A DNA stretch of 64,000 bases, taken from assembly GCA_964013535.1 (NCBI GenBank), contig CAXGWS010000003.1, positions 36,719-100,718 of the forward strand, written 5' to 3'. Positions 51,160-59,345 of this stretch are shown here, piece after piece. Source of the DNA: an uncultured Candidatus Poseidoniales archaeon. Its GTDB lineage: Archaea; Thermoplasmatota; Poseidoniia; Poseidoniales; Poseidoniaceae. The translations under genes were made by a program, and so were the position numbers. Positions within the stretch are counted from its first letter, which is position 1, and each line of letters starts with the position of its first letter. The notes below the pieces were generated by a model. It did not search any database. It had not been told where the DNA came from and worked only from the letters and a program-made list of their open reading frames with translations.

Positions 51160-51399
51160 GCAGCGCATATCCATTGAATAATTGCCACTAAATGACAGGA
51201 CAGCGGTGGCTGATATAATAGTTCCTCCAAAATCAATAGTTTGTTACATTTAGGTACGAAATTAAGTGTAAAAAAGTAACCAATTATGATGGGGTGTAAG
51301 TAAATCCATACTATTCCAGTGGAAATATGTAACTAAATGTAACTATAAATTATATTAAACAATAAAATTATAACATAATTGTGAGTAGCGCACTTTGAG
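51160..51399. promoter_or_regulatory. AT-rich intergenic region containing an archaeal mini-ORB dyad, repeats and a DUE-like tract: candidate replication origin and/or operator region
   Basis: Exact TTCCAGTGGAAA at 51314-51325 with GGGGT 22 nt upstream. Tandem ATGTAACTA x2 at 51327-51344. An AT-only run of about 45 nt follows. Confidence 0.35.
51242..51343. repeat. 11-bp inverted repeat GTTACATTTAG / CTAAATGTAAC flanking the ORB-like dyad
   Basis: Arms at 51242-51252 and 51333-51343, about 80 bp apart; checked by reverse complement. Confidence 0.7.
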
Positions 51400-53922
51400 G
51401 TGACATATTTGTCTAAAAACAGGATAAGAAGTCACTACCAGCGCCGTATTCTTACTTGGTTGGTTGATAACAGTGGCTCGGTATCTGAAGTTTCAAAATC
51501 ACTCAAACTCCAGACGCCTCATGCTTCATCTTCGTTGAGCGAATTAAGAAAAAGAGGGTTGGTGCACAGAGATGACGCTCATGGAATCCGAGGGGCGATA
51601 CACAGTATTACCCAAGCTGGTAGAAAACAATTAGAGGAAGATCGTCTAAGTCTGTATAAGAGATATGTGGCAAAAACAAATCAAGAATCTGATGGTATTG
51701 TGTTAGAAACTAAAGGCCGTGAATTGCTACTTTGTTATCATAAAAACCCACCAAACTCTTTGATTTCCCTACCACTATATCCGTATAGTGACAATTCCGA
51801 TGATGCAATAATCTCCAGTGGAACAGATGGGGTGATTTGGGCATCAGTCGTCCCCGATTCAACTCGATGGTATTCTACTGATACACTAAAGCAGGTTTCA
51901 CCACCGAATGAACTCGGTACGGGTACCTTAGATGCATGGTTGCAAACCACTGATTCATTTGCTCTAGTGCGGGCAATTTTGTTTGAGCCAATCAAGCAGT
52001 GGAATGTTCCACCAGGGACTGAATTTTCGACTCCGAATTTGCACTCTTCACCATTACCAAAAGTAATTACGACAGGGAAACACAGTATTGGAAACATTGT
52101 TGGGACTGAGCTTGGCGTCATGTGGGAGAATAGACTTCATGCTCACCTATCGTCTAATGTTGATATTAACATTCTAATCAACTCGTTTTCACAGGAGGCA
52201 TATGTAATGCGCAAAAATCCGGTTAAACCTGACGTGACAAATATCCCAATTGGTAGTCTGTTCGAATGGCTGAAGTTACGGCACAAGCGATTAGGTGAAA
52301 ATAAAATCACTGAGAAATTCCTTCACCTTAAATCAATCATCCAGAGTGACTCAATAAACGGATTGAGTTTTTCCTTGCAGAAGGAAATTGCGAAGGATTT
52401 TGGTTACTGTAATTGGATTGATGAAATTCCAAGAAATATCGAGATATCGAATCTCTCAAGTAATGGCCTAAAGGCTATAATTCGGCATTTAAAAAACAGC
52501 CTTGATGCAGAATATGTAATCGAATGGGACTGGCCAATTAATGACGATATAGAGTTTCTAAATCACTTGATAAGAGACACTAACTGCCGTCTGTTGGTAA
52601 CCAAAGTAGGTCCACCAGGGAATATTATCTCTACATTGGGAACATTAAATTCTCTATCAGATTTAGCAATGGTTCGGTTAGAATTGCCAAATCAACACTC
52701 TCTCGATATCAAACTAACCGGCGATTCAAGGCCACAAATGAGTATTTCTCACAGCGTCGTACCGGCCGATGCTGTTGAATTACTATCGGCTTTTAATGAT
52801 GGTAATTGGCAATTAGACTTGATGTCCGAGGTTTCAAGGGATTTTGAAACGAGTAGCCAAATTTGGCAGGCTTTGAGTAAATATCCTGATGGCGATGAGA
52901 TGTGGGCAAACAGTATTGAAACATCTAATCCATTGGCGGCATGGATTGCAACTCCTATCGAACACCGCCCAAGCCGATGGGTAAGAGTTCAAAATAAATT
53001 TGATACAAATTGGGCAGATTTACTGCCGCTTGAAAATTCTTCTGCAGAGTTAATCGCGGCAAGTTTACATCAAGGTAGCGAGAATTTTCGTTCAAATGCA
53101 ATTGATCAACTCGCTCAGCGATTTCTTTTAGACCATCAGCTGCTTATTGAAATCGAAAATTTAGACGGCAACTCGCTACAATCAAGTGGGATTTCAACCG
53201 CTATTCTATTGGTGTGCGATAAATTACCTGATGAATTTTCTAAGTATGTTACCTCGGCAGTAGATAATTGGTTAGACTATCCACTATTCCCTGCGAGGGT
53301 ACTTAGTGCCTTATTTACTAGTAATCAGCATGGTGATACAGACCGTTTTGGAGTTTACAACAAGGTTGTCCTAGCCTCTAAAATTCATCCAAAAGATTCG
53401 ATTTTGTTCAACTGGGGTCGTTACGTTGCTTGCCTAAAAAATTCTGAGACAATTCAAAATGAATTGATGCGGACATTTATGACATTACTACCTTATCATT
53501 GGTGGCAAGCAAACTCTTCAGATTGGCTGGTTAGTCAATTATCCAGTTCTGCTGGGCGCAGATGGTTGACCAATCAGACCATACCATGGCCAGCCTTAAT
53601 TTTTAGATTAGATGGCGAATTGTCAGGACCTCCCGGCTCACAAAGCAAATTTGTCAGGAAGATACCGCCAACTTCCGAGTTGCTTTTCATTCCCATAATG
53701 CAGGATTGTCTGGCTAAAGATTCACTCATGGATGTTTATGATTTAGCATCCAAGACCGAGGACAATAAATTCAACATAACCCCACGAACTCACCCCATGA
53801 TCGGGTATCTGGTTCGGTCGCTTCAAGAATGGCCAGATTTTGATAGTGATATAATTGACCAAGGTGACAAAATGACCGGGTGCTTGTTATTTGGTATTTC
53901 TTATCATAAAAATATCATTTAA
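51400..53922 (+). CDS. Large orphan protein (840 aa) with N-terminal winged-helix (MarR/ArsR-like) domain
   Basis: The N-terminal 90 aa (RRILTWLVDNSGSVSEVSKSLKLQTPHASSSLSELRKRGLVHR) look like a wHTH; the other 750 aa show no recognisable motif. Codon usage looks more AT-rich than neighbouring genes. Confidence 0.5.
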   Translation: MTYLSKNRIRSHYQRRILTWLVDNSGSVSEVSKSLKLQTPHASSSLSELRKRGLVHRDDAHGIRGAIHSITQAGRKQLEEDRLSLYKRYVAKTNQESDGIVLETKGRELLLCYHKNPPNSLISLPLYPYSDNSDDAIISSGTDGVIWASVVPDSTRWYSTDTLKQVSPPNELGTGTLDAWLQTTDSFALVRAILFEPIKQWNVPPGTEFSTPNLHSSPLPKVITTGKHSIGNIVGTELGVMWENRLHAHLSSNVDINILINSFSQEAYVMRKNPVKPDVTNIPIGSLFEWLKLRHKRLGENKITEKFLHLKSIIQSDSINGLSFSLQKEIAKDFGYCNWIDEIPRNIEISNLSSNGLKAIIRHLKNSLDAEYVIEWDWPINDDIEFLNHLIRDTNCRLLVTKVGPPGNIISTLGTLNSLSDLAMVRLELPNQHSLDIKLTGDSRPQMSISHSVVPADAVELLSAFNDGNWQLDLMSEVSRDFETSSQIWQALSKYPDGDEMWANSIETSNPLAAWIATPIEHRPSRWVRVQNKFDTNWADLLPLENSSAELIAASLHQGSENFRSNAIDQLAQRFLLDHQLLIEIENLDGNSLQSSGISTAILLVCDKLPDEFSKYVTSAVDNWLDYPLFPARVLSALFTSNQHGDTDRFGVYNKVVLASKIHPKDSILFNWGRYVACLKNSETIQNELMRTFMTLLPYHWWQANSSDWLVSQLSSSAGRRWLTNQTIPWPALIFRLDGELSGPPGSQSKFVRKIPPTSELLFIPIMQDCLAKDSLMDVYDLASKTEDNKFNITPRTHPMIGYLVRSLQEWPDFDSDIIDQGDKMTGCLLFGISYHKNII

Positions 53923-53949
53923 TACGATGGTTTCATTTATGTTGGCGTA

Positions 53950-54300
53950 TGCCACGAACTGCCGTACTAGCAACATCGGGCAGAGCTACTGTGAAATTGC
54001 AATGAAGTTCGATACCAATGTGCGGTCCGCTATCGAAGACCAAAATGACCCTTGAGGGGATGATTTTTGGGGCAAAAGCGGTAAACCATTTGGTAGGTTA
54101 TGGGTCCTTGTGTGACGCAAGGATGAACTCAAGACAACCACCCTATCATACAGCACGCCCCGGCACCGAGGGTCAGGCCTTGGAGCAATGCGATGAAACA
54201 GGCCGTTAGGAGCCGGGGCACAGCGCTGACAAGCAAAGAAATCGAGTTATCGACCCAAAATCGAGCGATTAACTCAAAGGCCAATTTCGTTACAGGCAAG
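53950..54300 (+). ncRNA. Candidate structured non-coding RNA (possibly SRP/7S RNA); strand and ends uncertain
   Basis: About 380-bp gap with no credible ORF. Locally GC-rich and hairpin-dense, with perfect stems GCCCCGGC...GCCGGGGC, TCCTTG...CAAGGA, CTGCCG...CGGGCAG. An internal ACCGAGGGUCAGGCCUUGGAG resembles the SRP helix-8 segment ACCAGGUCAGGUCCGGAAGG. Confidence 0.3.
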
Positions 54301-54302
54301 CA

Positions 54303-55325
54303 ATGGCAACTAATTACAGCTATGCTTGTTGCCTCGTCGGGGGAACTTTTGACAGATTTCATTCGGGGCACAAATTACTACTAAGCATGGCTATATCCCG
54401 CTCAGAAAGGGTAGAAATTCACGTAATCAATGATAATCTAGCCGGCCGTAAATCAACCTTCATTGAAGATTATGATACGAGAGTTAATTCTATTCTTGAT
54501 TGGTTAGAAGAGAAATCATATCACTCAGTTAAGTTGTTTCAGTTAGACGATGCTTTTGGCCCAGCGCCTTCTCACAAATCCGCCGATGTAATTGTCGCAA
54601 CACCGGAAACTGTTGGTAATTGCCACGAAATAAACCGTATGCGCAGCGCTCAAGGTTTAGCAGAATTAGCAATTCTTGAGGTGCCCCACATGCTAGATTA
54701 TTCTGGCAAAATTATCAGCAGTTCGAGGATAAGAAGCGGAATAATTGACTCCGAGGGTAATCCATGGATTGAGCCACATCAGCGTAGTCAAAATCTGAAA
54801 ATGGTTTCGAGTTTAGATGAAGAACTCAAGACACCCATGGGAGTTTTATTCCAAGGTCCGGAAGAATTTCCAGAAATCGCAATGTCTGAGGCATTAGAGT
54901 TCATCGACCGAGAAAATAGTGCTATTATCGCAGTTGGTGATGTATCAGTGGCAACGCTGATTGGTATGGGGTTAACGCCCGATGTCGGAATAATTGACGG
55001 TATGACAAAACGGGCAGAACTTGATGATGCCCAAAAAGTAGTAACAACGAGTTTCAAGAATAAACTCAGTGCAGTGAACCCTCCCGGTCATTTGACGCCT
55101 TCACTCATTGAGGCAATTGAACAGGCCCTGTCGAACGAAGCGCCGACAGTAATCAATGTAGATGGGGAAGAGGATTTAGCTCCAATAATTATCCACTGTC
55201 TTGCGCCAATTGGGACCTCAGTTGTTTACGGTCAACCAAAGGTAGGGGTTGTGGTACAAATTTCAAGCCTTGAAGTAAAGCAACGTTGCCGTAACATAAT
55301 ATCAATGTTCGAGGTGGTTGATTGA
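54303..55325 (+). CDS. Bifunctional phosphopantetheine adenylyltransferase (archaeal PPAT) / GTP-dependent dephospho-CoA kinase (DUF359) fusion
   Basis: N-terminal nucleotidyltransferase motif VGGTFDRFHSGH (the (H/T)xGH box of archaeal PPAT). The C-terminal half carries AIIAVGDVSV and INVDGEEDLA, signature segments of the DUF359/COG1909 dephospho-CoA kinase. Confidence 0.55.
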   Translation: MATNYSYACCLVGGTFDRFHSGHKLLLSMAISRSERVEIHVINDNLAGRKSTFIEDYDTRVNSILDWLEEKSYHSVKLFQLDDAFGPAPSHKSADVIVATPETVGNCHEINRMRSAQGLAELAILEVPHMLDYSGKIISSSRIRSGIIDSEGNPWIEPHQRSQNLKMVSSLDEELKTPMGVLFQGPEEFPEIAMSEALEFIDRENSAIIAVGDVSVATLIGMGLTPDVGIIDGMTKRAELDDAQKVVTTSFKNKLSAVNPPGHLTPSLIEAIEQALSNEAPTVINVDGEEDLAPIIIHCLAPIGTSVVYGQPKVGVVVQISSLEVKQRCRNIISMFEVVD

Positions 55326-56437
55326 CTAGCAATCCTCTAATCTCGGTAACAGTTTGTGTTCGAGATGGTGTTGATTGGGTTGACGGCTGTATAGAATCCC
55401 TGAGAAATCAAACCTATCGCCCCCTCGAAATCATCGCAGTTGACGATGGTTCGACCGATGGCTCACGAGAACGGCTAAAACAGTGGCATAGTCCTGATAA
55501 TGAGGTTCCAGTTTTTGTTCATGTTCAAGATGCTCTTGGACTATCTGCAGGTAGAAATCTTGCTGTTGAAAATTCACGCGGTGAGTGGATTGCGATAACT
55601 GATATTGATGTCAGACCAACTCAAAACTGGCTTGTTAATCTATATGAAAAATCACACTCTGTCGATGATGATGAAAATGTCGTAGCCGTAACAGGTAGGA
55701 CAATTTTTGAACGTGCAGACGATTTAGTGAGTTTGCTGAGATCGGTAGAAATAGAATCAAAATATCGTTCAAGGCCAAGGAGGACAAGTCTAGCAAATGG
55801 CCCGTGTTCAATGTTTAGGCGAGACTCGCTTAACGAAATTGGAGGGTTTGATCCCGCATGGTATCATGCTGAGGACATGGAAGTTAGTTTGAAACTTCTC
55901 GAACAAGGAGGGAGCATAATATATGCTCCTGAAGCAGTGGTTGCTCACGTCGCTGAATCAGGTCGCAAACGCTTTCTTGGCAAACGCTCGAGAGATGCGA
56001 GGGCTCACGTGAGGATTGTGCGAAAATATCCTAAAAGTCGACGTAGCGGGCCAAATTTTGATTTCATTGGCAGTTCAACAACGGTATTTATCGTCGCACC
56101 GCTGTGGTTTGTGGCAATACTGTCAGGCTTGCCATTTCTTTACTTATTTTTACAATCGGATAATCGAAGTTGGGATGAAATCCAAACGTGGTGGCAAACC
56201 AATGTTTTGTTGGTGACATTAGGGCTTTTACTGGTACAGGAATTGGTTCTGTGGCGTGGACCTTTGGGAGTTGTCAATCGGACTGCTATACTTTACAGCA
56301 GCAAAAATCGCGTATTTGTCTACCTTGCTTTGAAGGGTTTAATCCTGCAGTGGAGTTTAGCATTGTGGAAAGGTTTGATGCTCGGCTGCTATGATATGTT
56401 AACCAAGAAGAACGGCCATGATTTCAAAAAATCATGA
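55322..56437 (+). CDS. Family 2 glycosyltransferase with a C-terminal membrane region
   Basis: ISVTVCVRDG...NQTYRPLEIIAVDDGSTDGS (GT-A fold, DxD region), followed by hydrophobic helices. Confidence 0.7.
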   Translation: MTSNPLISVTVCVRDGVDWVDGCIESLRNQTYRPLEIIAVDDGSTDGSRERLKQWHSPDNEVPVFVHVQDALGLSAGRNLAVENSRGEWIAITDIDVRPTQNWLVNLYEKSHSVDDDENVVAVTGRTIFERADDLVSLLRSVEIESKYRSRPRRTSLANGPCSMFRRDSLNEIGGFDPAWYHAEDMEVSLKLLEQGGSIIYAPEAVVAHVAESGRKRFLGKRSRDARAHVRIVRKYPKSRRSGPNFDFIGSSTTVFIVAPLWFVAILSGLPFLYLFLQSDNRSWDEIQTWWQTNVLLVTLGLLLVQELVLWRGPLGVVNRTAILYSSKNRVFVYLALKGLILQWSLALWKGLMLGCYDMLTKKNGHDFKKS

Positions 56438-56995
56438 ATTGCTTTCTTCAGCCTTTGGTGAGTTTGCAGCATAGACGAGAGCGAATCCAAAGGCCATCAA
56501 ACCAATCGTAACTGAATATACACCGGGGTCTATCCAGCCTGTTGACAATATTCCAAAGTATAGGTAATTGATTACGCTGAGAAGAAGACACCATGCTCCT
56601 ATGGTTTTAGACCATCCTCCATTGTCAGGGTCGGCCAATGACATCCAAGTTTGGTTGACAAAAATTGATTTGACCCATGCGCCAACTCCGCCATCCTGTT
56701 CGTTGATGGTTTTTAGACCCAGAACGGTGAAAACGCCACAGATTGCAACAAACACAATATCAGACATAACGAAAGCTGGTGCTGTGTCCAAATTTTCGAA
56801 TGCTTTGTTGGTTAACTCAAAAGTCAATACTCCCGACCAGGATACACGATAACTTGGATGAATCTCTCCAAGCAGGTTTAGTACGGCGAGAAAAATGCCT
56901 AGCAAGCCCAAACCGACGAACCAGTTAGACAGTGTTTGTGAGGGATTTATGACCATTTGAATAAATCCATCATTTGTCTCATTTACTTCGCTCAT
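56432..56995 (-). CDS. Hypothetical membrane protein
   Basis: Four or five hydrophobic helices. The ORF opens at 57118 but would overlap the orc1 3' end; the start at MSEVNE (56995) is preferred. Confidence 0.4.
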   Translation of the reverse strand: MSEVNETNDGFIQMVINPSQTLSNWFVGLGLLGIFLAVLNLLGEIHPSYRVSWSGVLTFELTNKAFENLDTAPAFVMSDIVFVAICGVFTVLGLKTINEQDGGVGAWVKSIFVNQTWMSLADPDNGGWSKTIGAWCLLLSVINYLYFGILSTGWIDPGVYSVTIGLMAFGFALVYAANSPKAEESNS

Positions 56996-57053
56996 GCGTC
57001 GCCCACCTGCCTTCTGATTATAAGTACACCGAACATAGATTTTTCGAATAATT

Positions 57054-58295
57054 TTACAATCGTGTTTGATATTTGTATGTTCCATTGAATATATCTTCGA
57101 GTTCGGTTTCTGATTCAATCATTATCTCAATTGGGTCAATATTTTGTGGAATACACGAATTGATTTCTTTTGAACGGCCGTATCTACCTTTGCTAATGGT
57201 TCTTGCAGTGATTAATCCTAACATATCCAAACTCGAGATTAATCCAGAAACTCTGCGCTGTGTCAAGGCGTTTGTACCGAGGTGTCGACAAGCCTGCGAG
57301 TATATGTTGTATACTTCTCCAGTTTGTATATTTTTTAGACCGTTTTTCTCGTTGATTAGAATTGCTGCTAACACTATTTTTTGCTGATTCGGTAGCTTTG
57401 CAATCACTGGAGTCATCTGATCAGCTTCGATTTGGTGCTGGGCTAGTTTAACGTGATTTTGTTCGACTTTGACTGAGCCGCTAAGTTCTGCTTTTTCCGC
57501 CGACACTCTAAGCAAATCCAGTGCGCATCTAGCATCCCCATGTTCTTGGGCAGCAAGTGCCGCACACATTTCAATAACGCCATCACCTATGACACCTTCA
57601 TGAAGCGCAATTTTTGTTCGCTCTCGCAGGATATCTTGCAGTTGCTGAGCATCATATGGATTAAAAATCACATCCAGTTGGCCGAGCCTTGACCTAACTC
57701 TTGGATCGAGGAAATCGGTGAATTTGAGATCGTTTGAAATTCCAATTACACATGATCGTGCTTTTTTCAAAGAGGAGTTTAGATTGGTGAGGTTGTACAG
57801 TAAGTCATCTCCAACTTTTCTAACCAAATGGTCAATTTCATCAAGTACTATTATGAATACACCCTGTCTTGAATCCATACGCTTTACAAGCTCGCTGAAT
57901 ACTCTGTCAGTAGGCCATCCTGTGAATGGTATCTCATCTATTTCATGGGCTTCTAACAGTGAATTGCCAATGTGACTTAGCACTCTATATTGTGTGTCTA
58001 TTTGTCGGCAGTTAACAATAACAGTCTGAACAGACCTGTTTAATTGCTCTCCTTTCTCTTCGAGTTGCGCACAAACATAGTTTGTAACTGCGGTTTTTCC
58101 TGCACCCGTCACTCCATAAAGCGTCATATTCGAGGGAATATGGCCTTTGAGTGCTTCAACAAGATTGAATGATAGAGTTTCTATCTCATTCTTGCGGTGA
58201 GGTAGGTTGTTTGGATGATAGTTGTGGCGGAGAAATTCTTTGTTCTGGAACAGTGTTTTTCTAGACAGATAACCATCAAATATGTTTTCTGTCAC
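57054..58295 (-). CDS. orc1: Orc1/Cdc6 replication initiator (AAA+ plus C-terminal winged helix)
   Basis: LPHRKNEIETL, Walker A YGVTGAGKTAV, Walker B VLDEIDHL, sensor regions and a C-terminal wH; 413 aa. Confidence 0.85.
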   Translation of the reverse strand: MTENIFDGYLSRKTLFQNKEFLRHNYHPNNLPHRKNEIETLSFNLVEALKGHIPSNMTLYGVTGAGKTAVTNYVCAQLEEKGEQLNRSVQTVIVNCRQIDTQYRVLSHIGNSLLEAHEIDEIPFTGWPTDRVFSELVKRMDSRQGVFIIVLDEIDHLVRKVGDDLLYNLTNLNSSLKKARSCVIGISNDLKFTDFLDPRVRSRLGQLDVIFNPYDAQQLQDILRERTKIALHEGVIGDGVIEMCAALAAQEHGDARCALDLLRVSAEKAELSGSVKVEQNHVKLAQHQIEADQMTPVIAKLPNQQKIVLAAILINEKNGLKNIQTGEVYNIYSQACRHLGTNALTQRRVSGLISSLDMLGLITARTISKGRYGRSKEINSCIPQNIDPIEIMIESETELEDIFNGTYKYQTRL

Positions 58296-58449
58296 TGTTT
58301 TTCCCCCTACATGTTAGCGCAACCGGGCCAGCCGGATTGAGCGCGATGAACCTCCCAGTCCGAGTCCCCCTCATAAGCATACCTTCGAGAATTTTTTTCA
58401 CAATCAAATTTTACAGGTATTTGATAGTAAATTGTTCAACAATGTAATG

Positions 58450-59235
58450 TTAGAAAATCCACTTTTTATTCCATAAAATTGTGTATCCATCTTTCGCGTG
58501 ATAGACATTTTCAGGGTGATCTGGGAATTGACTCTCAGTTATCACCGGGAATTTCGAATCCTCGCAGTCTATGTAGGTATGAGTGATAATAAAATTTACA
58601 TCAGGATTATTTTCGCTAAGCAGCTGAATATCTGAAGGTTTGTGGTGCTCATTGCTTGGCACCCATTCTGGTATTGACATCTCTATGACCGCTAACTCTG
58701 TTTGTGCTATCTGTTCGTACAGGGTGTCACATGGGCCTGAGTCTCCACTGTGAACAAATTTTGCGCCTTGCCTTGAGTGGAAACTATACCCATAAGGGTC
58801 AACTGCATCATTGTGATTGACTTCAAATCTGGTCCATGACCATCCGTCTTCAGTGATTCCATCTGTATTCTCATTCCAAGTTATTGTTGAGAGTATTTTA
58901 CCCAAGGAACCAGGGTATGCTATCTCACAGACATGTTCGATTCTTTCTCTTGCGCCCGGCGCTGCAACTATGGTTAGGGGGTGCAAGAATTCTCGGTCTG
59001 AGATGTAGGTCCGCTCGAGCAATAGAAATGGAAGGCCAAATATGTGGTCGCCGTGCAAATGTGTGATGAAAATTGTTGAAATCTCATTTATTGAAATTCC
59101 GTTTTCTCGTAGTGAAATGAGCGCAGTCGGCGGTGCGTCAATGATGTGTTTTCGGTCAAAAATGGCGAATGAATGGTGACGTCCATTGGGCAAAAACGCA
59201 TTGCCCGTTCCAAGCATGGTTATTTCATGCGCCAT
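58450..59235 (-). CDS. Metallo-beta-lactamase-fold hydrolase
   Basis: FITHLHGDHIFGLPFLL (HxHxDH) plus downstream His/Asp ligands; 261 aa. Confidence 0.65.
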   Translation of the reverse strand: MAHEITMLGTGNAFLPNGRHHSFAIFDRKHIIDAPPTALISLRENGISINEISTIFITHLHGDHIFGLPFLLLERTYISDREFLHPLTIVAAPGARERIEHVCEIAYPGSLGKILSTITWNENTDGITEDGWSWTRFEVNHNDAVDPYGYSFHSRQGAKFVHSGDSGPCDTLYEQIAQTELAVIEMSIPEWVPSNEHHKPSDIQLLSENNPDVNFIITHTYIDCEDSKFPVITESQFPDHPENVYHAKDGYTILWNKKWIF

Positions 59236-59345
59236 AGTTGAGCCAGCGTGTCGTAGGTCTTGTTATAATCGGTGCATTCAACCGACAGTAATATTCGATT
59301 TCCGAACCTTCAATTACCCCCTCCGGCAGGGCGTATTGCTCGTGA

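Noticed and set aside
53950-54300. RNase P RNA as the identity of the structured region
   Set aside because: The highly conserved P4 element GGAAAGUCC was not found on either strand
54018-54371. Two short ORFs (63 and 80 aa) in the 53923-54302 gap
   Set aside because: They are on opposite strands, overlap each other, lack start context, and lie in a GC-rich hairpin-dense segment better explained as structured RNA
58296-58449. The immediate upstream region of orc1 as the replication origin
   Set aside because: I scanned for TCCA-N-TGGA dyads and ORB-like repeats; only weak fragments (tccactttttattcca) were found and no repeated elements. The ORB-bearing region at 51160-51399 is the better candidate
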